A DNA stretch of 63,848 nucleotides, filler included, from Octopus bimaculoides (lineage: Eukaryota), in assembly GCF_001194135.2 (NCBI RefSeq). It is 5 parts of 5 records of this genome, joined end to end, with 100 filler letters (N's around TTAATTAATTAA, not from the genome) between each part and the next. Parts side by side here need not be neighbours in the genome. Positions count along the whole stretch, not along the records: positions 11,718 to 40,194 come from NC_068990.1; 4 more parts are not named here. One strand, given 5' to 3'. This document shows, in pieces, positions 13,084 through 24,939 of this stretch (position 1 is the stretch's first letter; each line of letters begins with the position of its first letter). The notes below the pieces were generated by a model that had not been told where the DNA came from, made no database searches, and saw nothing but the letters and a program-made list of their open reading frames with translations. Both the position numbers and the translations under genes were made by a program.

Positions 13084-13630
13084 ATACCTCATAACCATAA
13101 CACGAAAAATGTGTAACTCGGTTTCAGTATAATCCTAAAGGCTTTTTAAAAATTCCATCCATATGGAACTAAATACATTATTATCAAACGCGATATTGGT
13201 AGTGCGTTAATATATGAAACAAAGCAGGACAATTTAAAGCCGTAATTATACCTCAACAAGCAGTAGAAGTCAGGCGTCACCTTTACGACGACACCGTGGG
13301 AGAGATGCAGCGGAGGTAACCTCAGGGCATCCATAAAATTATGTATTCAGTGCATAAATACCTGAACAGCAGTTAAACATTTATAGACTGAGAGGGTATT
13401 CTACAAATGAAAAAATTGAGAAGGAATATCCCCAACGTAACTGAACTGATATAATGAACATATTAGGCACATACAAGGCGCCGACATGGCTATATGGTTA
13501 GAAGTTTGCTTCCCAACCATATTGTTTCGGGTTCAGTTCCACTGCGTGGCATCTTGCTCGTGTATTTTCTACTATAGCTCTAAATCGATCAATGCCTTGT
13601 GAGTGGATTTAGTAGGCGCAAACTGAAAGA
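13084..13630 (+). repeat. Local duplication, copy 1 (copy 2 at 15878-16387)
   Basis: The ~500-bp segment beginning atacctcataaccataacacgaaaaatgtg is present twice, with scattered substitutions and indels. Both copies end in a family B SINE. Confidence 0.9.
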
Positions 13631-13644
13631 AGCTCTCACTCTCA

Positions 13645-13700
<56 letters not shown>

Positions 13701-14762
13701 AAGACAAAACAAATAATGGAACAAGAACGTAACAGGCAATAACAAAACATCCGGACAGTTAGACGATACAAAGAAAGTCAGGAAAAAACAAGGATGGACC
13801 ATTCGGAGTTTACTGTCGTCAGTTGAGTTTCAGATCATCCCTGCAGCTTCGGCCGGTTACACTCGAGACTTCTCCAATCTGGCCGGCCCCATGAAGATAT
13901 AAACCAAGAGCACTAGATTCTTTCGTAGAAAGCAAGCAAATGTAAACGAAAACAAAGACGAAAAAGAACGGAGAAATGTTACACAATTACAAATACAAAC
14001 AACAAGACAATAACAACAGATGTCTTTCCACTAAAGACAATTAAATTAAGCTAGCGTGTGTGGAGTGAAGCCTTACGGCAGGATCATATGTGATGATAGT
14101 GATGGGAAGGAATATAAGAGATGCTACACGGATGGAAATCGGACCAAGAAAGAAAGGGCAGGCTTGGTGGAACACCGGTCACGTGGAAGGAGAGAAGAGA
14201 GGTAGGGACAGAGGGATTGAAGAATTAGAGAGGGACGAGAAAGAGAGGAAAGGAAAGAAAGGGACATAGAGAAAGATACAAGGGAGGTAAAAGAGGAGAG
14301 AAAGTGACGAGAATGAGAGGAAAGCCCAGAAATGTGGGAGAGGGGGAGCGAGAAACAGAAACGAAGAAAGAAAGAAGACATTGTAGAGAGGACTAAAAGA
14401 AGGAGTAAAAGAGTCGTACAAAATTTATATATATATATATNNNNNNNNNNNNNNNNNNNNNNNNNNNNNNNNNNNNNNNNNNNNNNNNNNNNNNNNNNNN
14501 NNNNNNNNNNNNNNNNNNNNNNNNNNNNNNNNNNNNNNNNNNNNNNNNNNNNNNNNNNNNNNNNNNNNNNNNNNNNNNNNNNNNNNNNNNNNNNNNNNNN
14601 NNNNNNNNNNNNNNNNNNNNNNNNATCTGCATGGCAAAATACAAAAACAAAGTTGACAGAATGAAAAAATTAAGTTGCCCCGTAGCTTAAGCTTCATTAG
14701 TTTTATGGTAGATTCGCCACTGCCCCAGTGTCAATTTGTTGGCATGTAGTGCTCTCTCACTC

Positions 14763-14826
<64 letters not shown>

Positions 14827-15270
14827 GTTTCAAATTTTGGCACAAGGCCAGTAGTTTCGGGTTGAGGGAGTAAGCCGATTACATCGGTCTCCAGTAGTAA
14901 ACTGGTACTTATTTTATCAACCCCTGAAAGAATGAAAAGTAAAAACAACCACAGTAACAACAATAAAAGCGACAGTTCTATATTTAATGTAAATAAAAAC
15001 AACAACAACAATAATAATAGCTTAACTTCTCAGATTATTTAATGGATTCAAGTACTTAACTGATTCTGGTCTGTCAGACCCCAAAAGATGAAAGGCAAAA
15101 TCGACCCTAATAGACAGAAAAACTAAGATGAATAACAATAGCAGTCATTTGCAAGAAGACGTGGGTACACCTATGCGGTAACTCGTCCTGCAGTGAAATC
15201 TTACTGTCTTAAAATGCGGAGAAAGGCACAATGAATAATGCTGTCATGAATGTACACACACACACACACA

Positions 15271-15348
<78 letters not shown>

Positions 15349-16501
15349 TAAAGACATGATGGCTTATCGCTGGAACACCGGTGGAACGATGAAAAGCTGA
15401 CACAGAAAAATAAACAGGCCAATTCACAAATCAACATTGGACGTGTGAAAAAAAAAATTCACCAATGATGTCTCTTCACAAAACAAACAATAAGAATGTC
15501 GTAAAAGCTAGGGGCACACCAGTACAAATTCATGTTCATACGCACAAACAAATTACAAAAGCCTCTTTTCACATACCTTTGAATTACATCGATGTGCAGC
15601 ACAGAAAATTGATAGTCCCCATAATGATCTTGCTCCAGTGGTATTATAACTATGGCAAATACCAAATGCATTTCATACAAAATATAGAGAAGGCATGGGC
15701 AACAGTTTTCGAAAGGCGGGCTGCATGAGCTATTTCTCGTCATCAGACGGGTGGCACTGCTAAAAAACAAAAATAGATTCAAGGTAATTATTCGTTGGCG
15801 TGCTCTTCAGATAGATAATCCTGCGGGTCGTAGTTTGTTCTTGACTGATACAGAGTTACAATAAAATGATCCTATGGATACCTCATAACCATAACACGAA
15901 AAATGTGTAACTCGGTTTCAGTATAATCCTAAAGGCTTTTTAAAAATTCCATCCATATGGAACAAAATACATTATTATCAAACGCGATATTCGTATGAAA
16001 CAAAGTAGGACAATTTAAAACCGTGATTATACCTCAACAAGCAGTAGATGTCAGACGTCACCTTTACGACGACACTGAGGGAGAGATACAGCGGAGGTAA
16101 CCTCAGGTTATTCATAAAATTATGTATCCAGTGCATAAATACCTGAACAGCAGTTACACACTTATAGACTGAGAGAGTATTCTACAAATGAAAAATTTGA
16201 GAAGGAAAATCCCCAACGTAACTGAACTGATATAATGAACATATTAGGTGCATAAAAAGCGCCGGCATGGCTGTATGGTAAGAAGTTTGCTTCCTAACCA
16301 TATTGGCATCTTTCTGTATTTTCTACTATAGCTCCAAATAGATCAATGCCCTTTGAGTGGATTTTGTGGCGCAAACTGAAAGAAGCTATATATATATATA
16401 TATATATATANNNNNNNNNNNNNNNNNNNNNNNNNNNNNNNNNNNNNNNNNNNNNNNNNNNNNNNNNNNNNNNNNNNNNNNNNNNNNNNNNNNNNNNNNN
16501 N

Positions 16502-16537
<36 letters not shown>

Positions 16538-16639
16538 CTTGCGTTTTTGTCTGTTGCTTCCACCGCTTTCCAACTGATGTTGGTTTGTTCCTATATATAT
16601 AGGAGAATTTGTTGTTGAAAATGCACATATAAATTTAAG

Positions 16640-16980
16640 TCAGATCAAACTTTTATGATAAAAAAAAATCACTTCACCTGTGCATTGAAGAACTTAATCT
16701 ATATTCTCAAATGTGGTGGGTGTGTTAGAGACTACATAGGTCAAAGTAGTTTGACCTTGAGGGATAAATTGATGGTACACAGGCAACAAATCCAGGACCC
16801 CGCAATCAGGAAAATTCCCATAAGCAAACACCAAGACCAATGCCCCGCAAACATAAACCCGAAATACCAAATCTTCCCTCCCTATCAATGCACCGGAAAC
16901 ACTTCACCCCCAGTTCCGATTGAATAAAGAAAGCATAAGAAAGTATACTCATTAAAAAATATAAACCGCAGTTGAATATC
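16640..16980 (+). mobile_element. Penelope-like element GIY-YIG endonuclease remnant
   Basis: HFTCALKNLIYILKCGGCVRDYIGQSSLTLRDKLMVHRQQI shows the LIY...CxxC...YIGQ GIY-YIG pattern. Downstream 'ILIKKYKPQLN' resembles a PLE C-terminus. Confidence 0.85.
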
Positions 16981-17649
16981 CTTTAGAAAGGAGAAAAAAC
17001 ATTAAAAAGAAGAAAAGGCTCAATTTCTCCACAAAAAAACCTAACTAGATACAACAGTCATAATTCGAAAGACAGTCTTCTTCTCGAGTCTCGAAACCGC
17101 AACTACAAATCACCATACAATAACACCAGTTGCTGACATTACTTATCTCTAGACCAATGAAATTTTGTCTCCGATCACAACCGGACCTTTAGCAAATAAA
17201 ACAGTCACCCTTTAAGAAAATCAACCAAATGGAACGGTTGATGACCATTCCCTACAGGACAGTCAACCAGGCCGAATACCAAACTTCACCACCAGAAAAA
17301 AAAAAAGACTTCATTAGAATAATAACGAATTGAAAATTAGATCCGTTCACGGACAAAGCTTGTAAACACACTGATTCCAAAACATCTCGTACAACCGAAA
17401 AGCCCTGCACGCGACGGAAAAAAGAACCACAGAAACTGTAACAAAACCCCTTTTCTTTACTTTCTTCTTTTCCCTTTTTTTTCTCTCTCTTAACTCAGTA
17501 TGGCCGAACTTTTGGTGATCCACATTTTTTATATTCTTCGCCGATCATTTTTGATATTATTGAATTTTGTCAACATTTAATTATTTCAGCATGTTTTCTA
17601 CTTCGCAATTTAAAATTTTTTAAGCCCATACATTTGTACCATTGATAAA

Positions 17650-17681
17650 CAAGAATCCGAGTTTGATTCCAGGCAGTGACT

Positions 17682-17745
<64 letters not shown>

Positions 17746-17890
17746 CATCGAAAAATGCCTTAGGAATGAGAACCCGGGTTCGAAATTTCCCCAAGACACC
17801 TGATGAAGGCTGGAGGGTATATCAGCCGAAACTTTGTGTTAACAACTAACATGATGAGGACAAATATCCGTCAAATGTAAATAATGTAAA
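17650..17890 (+). mobile_element. tRNA-headed SINE-like element carrying a hammerhead ribozyme, copy 1 (5' truncated)
   Basis: B-box-like gagtttgattcc, then (AAT)n, the HHR and a tail. Colinear with the reverse complement of 61425-61686. Confidence 0.75.
17795..17840 (+). ncRNA. Minimal type I hammerhead ribozyme motif (one stem III mismatch)
   Basis: GACAC-CUGAUGA-A-GGCUG(gagggtatat)CAGCC-GAAA-C-U-UU-GUGUU. A G at 17833 would give the palindromic AACGUU stem III; this copy has T. Confidence 0.75.
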
Positions 17891-18046
17891 CAAAAAATTG
17901 TTGAAACTAGTTTGGTATGTATGTAAATAAAATTATTTAAAAACAATTACAAGTTTTTTGTTTCAAATTCAGGTGCATTTTCAACAACACATTCCTTTAT
18001 ATTTTTTCCTGCGTGGAAATGCACCCTTTCTTATATATATATATAC

Positions 18047-18077
<31 letters not shown>

Positions 18078-18619
18078 ATGTATGTGTGTGTGTACGTGTG
18101 TGTGTTTGTGTCTGTCGCTCCCCCCGCTTTCCAACTGATATTGGTTTGTTTACGTCCTGTAACTTAGCAGTTCGGCAAAAACTTTAAAACAAAAATAGTT
18201 CCATGTGTTCGATAAAAACCCTTCAAGGCTATGCCTCAGCATAGCCACTGTCCAATGACTGAAGCAAGTAAGCAATAAAAGATATATAAATACACGCGCG
18301 CGCGCGCGCCGACTTAACCTATTGTCCCACCAACCTGCACATCTTTACATAGCATCATGAAGGAAGAGAATTCAATGCGCACAACAAGCTCTGATACACA
18401 AGCAATGCAAAAGCACATTAGCGAATGCTACATCATCAATATCATCACAGTTAAACTACCATCATTCCCTAAACAACCCACAACATATACCTTTATAAGC
18501 TAACTACAACAATTTCCCTTTAGCTTCTATTTCACACACACACACACAGGCACACACATACATACACACATACACCCATACACACATACACCCATACACA
18601 CACGCGCGTGCGCACACAC

Positions 18620-18667
<48 letters not shown>

Positions 18668-19007
18668 GCTGTCCAGTCCACAAAGCAAAAAGTAAGCAAG
18701 GTCACAATATTCTTCCAGCTGAAGGCAACGAGCAATGTCTGATATTTGCATATTTTTATGGCTATCCCTGGATTTTTTCAGATTATCTGTTTCATTTGTG
18801 TAATTTTATTTATAACTTTCTGTTACCTGATAAGATTTATTGCTCGATGGCTTCTACAATTCTTTTAACCTTAACCACTGCAAGGTTATGCGTTCTGTAA
18901 TTAGATCCAGTTTTGCAAATGGCTTCAACGACTTGCTTATTGAAGCTTATGAAGACTATATTGTTTTGTTCATTGCTGGAGGAATGGGTTGTGACAATGA
19001 TAAATGT

Positions 19008-19098
19008 TGTGCTCAAGAACACAACGCGTCACCCGGTCCAGGAATCGAAACCACAATCTTGCGATCATGAGTCGAACACTCTAACCACTCAGCCAAGC
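19008..19098 (-). mobile_element. tRNA-derived SINE head (family C-like)
   Basis: Minus strand ggctgagtggttagagtg...gattgtggtttcgattcctggacc has A and B boxes and is followed by 'tgtgttcttgagca'. Confidence 0.7.
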
Positions 19099-19289
19099 GA
19101 GCTAGAGATAGAGAACGTAGAAAACGCCCAGCTCATGCGCAATATTTCGCCCGCATTCAAATATGAAATTACTCGCCACCAAAGTTCTCTAAAAACTTAT
19201 ATGAAAGGTGACAATGAGTGGGAGTTCACCCTACCCACTGCCACCGGTACACGTGCAAGTTTGGGCGAAACCGAAAGACTAGTTAAAAG

Positions 19290-19330
19290 CAGTGATGGTG
19301 AACCTATAGCATACGTGTCAGTTGTGAAAC
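19290..19330 (+). mobile_element. hAT-like left terminus
   Basis: cagtgatggtgaacctatagcatacgtgtca resembles the CAGTGATGGCGAACCTATGGCACGCGTG-type hAT end. No convincing right end or TSD found. Confidence 0.4.
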
Positions 19331-19870
19331 ACGCTGCGAGGCTGACATGCAATGGACTTTAAATGGGACATTCTAAAACAGGATTGTTATAGAAATTTAA
19401 TTTCGACACACCGGACAATCAAAATTACTTTCTCTTACAGCAAATAAAAACAAAAGCGTAACATTATTTTTAATATTTAGTTTTAAGCGAAAGATTTCAA
19501 TTTGCAATTTTGATGTGTTCTCAGCATAAATTAAAGGTCGTTGAGTTTTGATAAGATTTGCAAACATCACCGAATTGAAGATGGTTTAAATAGAGTGCTT
19601 ATCTTTGCGAGATTCCACTATCTTCAGCACCATGTTTACAAAGAGTTATTCACTCGTATTAAAATCACATTTAATTCGATGAAGTATGCATTACTTTATG
19701 ATGGCATTTAGTTTAGCAAACAAATTATTCTGGTCGAGTGGGTTATCTGAGCGAAGTTATTCAATCATTGATAGAAACTAAACTGAAGGTTGCCACAAAT
19801 AAGCAAATTTCTAGTGTTTCCCTTCAGTCTAAATAGTAGAGTGCTATACTCATTAATTGCTGATATTTGT

Positions 19871-19901
<31 letters not shown>

Positions 19902-20418
19902 GAATGTCTGGAAGACACATATTGTGAAAGCGTACTTTTGATGCAAGTCTGATGAAGTGTCACTCTTAAGTCTAAAATCGCAAATATTTCGTAAATTTTC
20001 ACACACACACACACACACAACAACACACATATAGACACACAGATAGATAGATAGATAAAGATTTTTTTCCAACATAACGTGGCAGTCATGGCTAGGACGA
20101 ATGTTATTGCCCAGTAAACAGCGTCTCCAGCCGGCTATACGACACATTATCTGTGTCCTTATATTTTCGAACGAGGGAGTTTAGCATCGCCACTCAGCAC
20201 AAAACAATATCTGTGTATCGCGATTTCTGGGTTATTTCTCCACATCAGCACAGAATAACTGTTCGGCTAAAGGTGGCGCTGCTAAATTCTTGTTCGAAAT
20301 ATATTGCTAAATAGCTAAATATAGCTAAATAGCCGAACCGCTAAGTTTCAGGGACGTAAACATACCAACATTGGTTGTCAAGTGATGGTGGGAGGACAAA
20401 CACAGACANNNNNNNNNN

Positions 20419-20476
<58 letters not shown>

Positions 20477-21752
20477 GGATAGATAGACACATACATAAAT
20501 GCACACACTCACACTCACACACACACATATATATATACAGAGAGAGAGGAGAGAGAAAGAGAGAGAAAATGAGTATTGTTATATTTTTTCCAATAAAACT
20601 TATAATTTAAGTAAAAATATCGAACGATCTTATTTCATCTTTTGTTGCCCAAAAGCATCTGTGAGTGAGTGTGTGTTTGTGGCGGGGTGAGGTGGGGGTG
20701 TTTCTTCCCGATTACCGGCATGTTTCAGCTTTTGAGATTAATTACAAACTGGTTTCGACCATCAAGATTTAGAACTACCAATATCTGAAACTCTTTTAAT
20801 GATGCTCAATAAAGCTCTGATTCCTTACAACTCGAGTTAAAAGTAGAATGGATTTCGGTCAGAATTTCCGACCAAAAGTTTTCAGTTGTTTGATCAATTG
20901 GGCCACCTACTCATTGAATTAATTTATAAGTGGCTGAGTATTCCACAGATACATGTACTCTTAATGTAGAATCAGCGTAATACAGCGTGTGACAAGGTCG
21001 AGCTTTTGAATTGCAGGTATAACCTTTTATGTAGGATTTCATGCAGTTTCTTTCTCTTAGATTTCACTCTTAAGGCTTTGGTCAATCCCAGGATTGCGTA
21101 AAAGACATTTTCCGAAGATGTCGCGCAATGTAATCGAACAAAACAAACAAAAAAATCACATTAAAATGTCAGAATAAAGTTCCAATAGAATCATAGAAAA
21201 GAATAAGTTGCCAAAAAAAAGTTATGGAAAAAAATAGAGAACAAATAGTGACGGAAAGAAGCCACAGGGGTGAGGTGGGGAAAACCACAGAAAATGATCA
21301 CAAAGGAAAAGTCAGACAAAAAAAAAAAAAAGAAAGAAACCAGTCATAGAAAAAAGTCCCAGAAGAATAAGTGACAGGAAAAAAAGGTACAGAAAACTTC
21401 AATATGAATAATTTATTGTTTTTCATTGCTGGCTTCATTACTTTTATTTAAGGTATTGATATATATACTTGATTTATTTTATCCACATAGATATACTATT
21501 ATATATAAATTGGATTGTTATTGTGTACAAATCATGTGTTGTTAATTAAAAATGATGTCTTTTTTTGTTGTTGTTAAATAACTTTTTCATTTATGGCATT
21601 TAAATGAAATGCGATATTTTGTCTTGTAGTTTTATTTCCGTCCACCAACATAAATTATTCATTGTTGTTCAATTGTATCATTGCACAATCTCCATCTTTG
21701 TATTCATGAAATCCACTTTAACCTCCTGGAATAAAATAACACGTACATTTAC

Positions 21753-21797
<45 letters not shown>

Positions 21798-23662
21798 CTA
21801 TACATAAATAATGATCTCTAACTTTAGCGCAAGGCCGCATATTTTGGTGGGATGGAGTCGTTGATTTAATCGGACCAAACTTGATTGGTAACCTTTTTCT
21901 TTTCTTTTTTTAACCCGAAGATAAAATAATTGAGACTCGGAACTGAAAGGGATGTAACCAAAAACTGCAAAACATTTAGTTTGGCATTTTACTGTATATT
22001 TACATAAATTGATACGTGTAATATTCTGAATGAACAATGTGGTTTAATCTAGTACATATGATAGCCAAAAAGATAGCGAGTTCCTACGTTGAGCGCCCAG
22101 TTGAGTAGAGTGACAGATGTAAGTGCTATACATTTAATTCGGTATTTTACTGTATATTTACATAAATTAATACATTTAACGTTCTAAATTGACGGTTTTG
22201 ACAAGCATTGTATATGATAGGCAAAAAGATGCTCAGTCCTTAGTCGAACACCCAATGCAAAACAGTTTAAGAGCATGAAGTATATTAAGCACAATACATG
22301 GTCTGATCACAGGACACCAATGAGGTTTATAACTTATTTTGTGTAAGTGAATATTTTTTGTTGTTGTGCTTGTTGCTGTTTAACTCCTGGTTAACTCTGA
22401 TCGAGCAGGTCAATGATCTAAGACATTGTATCTGTCTTGTGCCCAGGGCATAAATATCTATAACTATTTTATCTAATGTGTCCTTTTTTTAAATTTCAAG
22501 ATTTGCTTAATTCTAGCAGATCGAGTGTCTTCGTAATGGACCCATCTTTAATTCTCTCCCCCCATCTCTATGATGTTATGATGTAAGTTAATTAAAGTTA
22601 ATAGCTGTGATTAAATGGTTAGAACATGACAAAATATTTCAGGAAAATTTACGATCCTTACCAACTAAAAGTTACATTTAAGCTTTTGTTGATTGGGTCA
22701 ATTACTCGACTATTTTTTATCGTCCAAAGTACCCATCAGTGGGTGATAAGCATTATTGTTTCCTATCTTTATAAGATATCTGGGATCTGAACTTCTAGAG
22801 TCACCAGCTGGAAAAGTTGAACTCAGCGACGCAATGTGTCGAAATAGGTGTTAATGTTGTTCAGATGTTCTCTCCCGTGCATTCCCAATATATACTTATG
22901 TATATGAGTATTTCAGGGTTACGTGTTACAGGTCATTGACTCAATCATCTTCATGGAGTAGTAGTATGTGAGTTCCTTTGTATTTTTATTCGAAGTCCTC
23001 ATCTCTTATCATATTTCAAAATTGTTGAAGAAAAATTATACGTATTTACCCAGATCATATTTAATGAGGATCAGCTTGCCTCAGTATGATCTGCGGTCAG
23101 TTATAATGAATATTTTGTCTTACAGTTGATATATACAACTGTGATGAAACTTCTTTACTGGAAATGTTTACGAACAAAGACATTGGCACGTTCTTATGAA
23201 ACAACTGCTAGCGATTTGAAGCATAATAAAGAATGATTCCTAATTCTTAAATGCTCAAAAACACGCCAGCACAATAAATTCCAGTGATTAGTTGGTTCCA
23301 TCGACCTAGAGCGTTAAAGGAAATAAGTCTCCAATAAAGGGCATAGATTAAAAAAAAAACAACTTTTTTTTCAAAGTTTTTTAACTCACTAATTTGTTTG
23401 TAGCCTCGGTTTAATTTATACAATAGATAATGACTGTGTCTTACTCCTCGTTAACAGCAGCAGCAATTTCCATGAATATGAATTAGTTTCAAATTGTGGA
23501 AGTAGTTTTTTCATCTTATTTACCACCTAATGTTATTTCTCTTATACATTCAATGGAGCTGGGAATTATCCCAATTTTTAAATGTGCTTAAAGAAATAAT
23601 TTTACGAAATAGTTTATCAACAGTAGAATTTATATCTCTGACATCCAAATCAATTTACATTT

Positions 23663-23853
23663 TCCATATTTACTCGCGCATAAGCCGCACAATTTTATAC
23701 TTCATTTTAACTGAAAAATATTGTGGTGCGACTTATACACGAATCAAAGCTGATATCAAATTTGAATATCAAGAGAAAACAGTTCTAAGATTTAATACTA
23801 AACAAAGCAGACAACATATAGACGAGTGCGACTTACACACAAGTAAATTTACG
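23663..23853. mobile_element. pogo/Tigger-like MITE
   Basis: Left catatttactcgcgcataagccgcac and right gtgcgacttacacacaagtaaat form imperfect TIRs. An internal extra copy gtgcgacttatacac lies at ~23725. Confidence 0.65.
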
Positions 23854-23941
23854 TGCTTTGCATCTGCTTATTGTAAGGACTTCAGGAAAACGTATCACTC
23901 TTGTGTCACTCAACTGATGACCTACTTTCGTATTTGACTAT

Positions 23942-24240
23942 TTAATTTCTGATGATAAAGCAAATTTTGATCGCTTTAAAGTTAGGCAGGGCATAAAAGA
24001 ATGTGAACAGGACAAACGACGTTCATAGAAAATCGATGACATAGTCTCGAGAATAAACATATCGATGACTATCTTGCAATTGACAGCTGTAATGAATTAG
24101 TCCAAACTCCTTTTCTTTTAGAGATGAATAAATTATTTCAAGTGTGACTAATCCTCCAAGATCCAACAATTTGTCTCTACAAAGACGGTGATGGAAACAA
24201 AGCAATTGTAAAATTGTCTTTATTTAAAACCCAATCATTC
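23942..24240 (+). pseudogene. Possible pogo/Tigger transposase remnant
   Basis: FDRFKVRQGI resembles the CENP-B-type HTH motif WxxRFKxRHxI. The remainder is highly degenerate. Confidence 0.35.
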
Positions 24241-24427
24241 ATGAATACACTTCTTTCTTATTCTCAACAGAATCGAAGCTTTTCTACGCAACAAGTTATG
24301 CAAGCACACGTACTTAGAAATACAAAGATCACTACAACTTATACGTCCGCGAAACAAAGAGACAGAATAATTCTTAAAGGAATCCACTGAAGAAAGTAAA
24401 TATACTCAAATATTCGTGGAGGCAACT

Positions 24428-24722
24428 TTAACCTTTTGACTGCGTAATTAAATTTCATGGTAATTTCTATAATGATGTTGATTATGGACAAAAAGAAAAA
24501 AAAATCTGCAATACTTTTGCAGTGTCTCCTGTAGGTATAGTTTTCATGAAATTATTTGATTCTTAGTCTGTAAAGAGATATTTCATGAAATATGTGAAAA
24601 AGTGAAGGAAATCTGAAAAATGGTCTTTCGTAAAAAGTGTCCGCTTCTCGCAACATAAGGAAAGTCTTTTTTTTTTAAATTCAAAGATGTGTGGTCAAAC
24701 CGCTTTCCGCCGTTAAGGGTAA
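24428..24722. mobile_element. Possible piggyBac-type MITE
   Basis: TTAA-cctttt left end and ttaagggt-aa right end resemble TTAA|CCC..GGG|TTAA termini. Imperfect. Confidence 0.35.
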
Positions 24723-24939
24723 TAAAATTTTGAACGAATATATCCCCTTTCAGTAACTTCTGGAGTGGTTTTCCTGTGAAAAAAATGCATTTTTATACAG
24801 TTATTCTATTTATTTATTTTAGACTTTAAATATTTGTTTTACTTATTTCCTTACTATGCAATCATCATACATACATTATTTGTGATCTAGCATTCGTTGT
24901 GTAAGATTTACATATATATTTTTTAAATTGACAAAATGC

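Noticed and set aside
18913-19362. 149-aa plus-strand ORF
   Set aside because: It runs through an antisense SINE head and an hAT-like terminus, so it is a chance composite.
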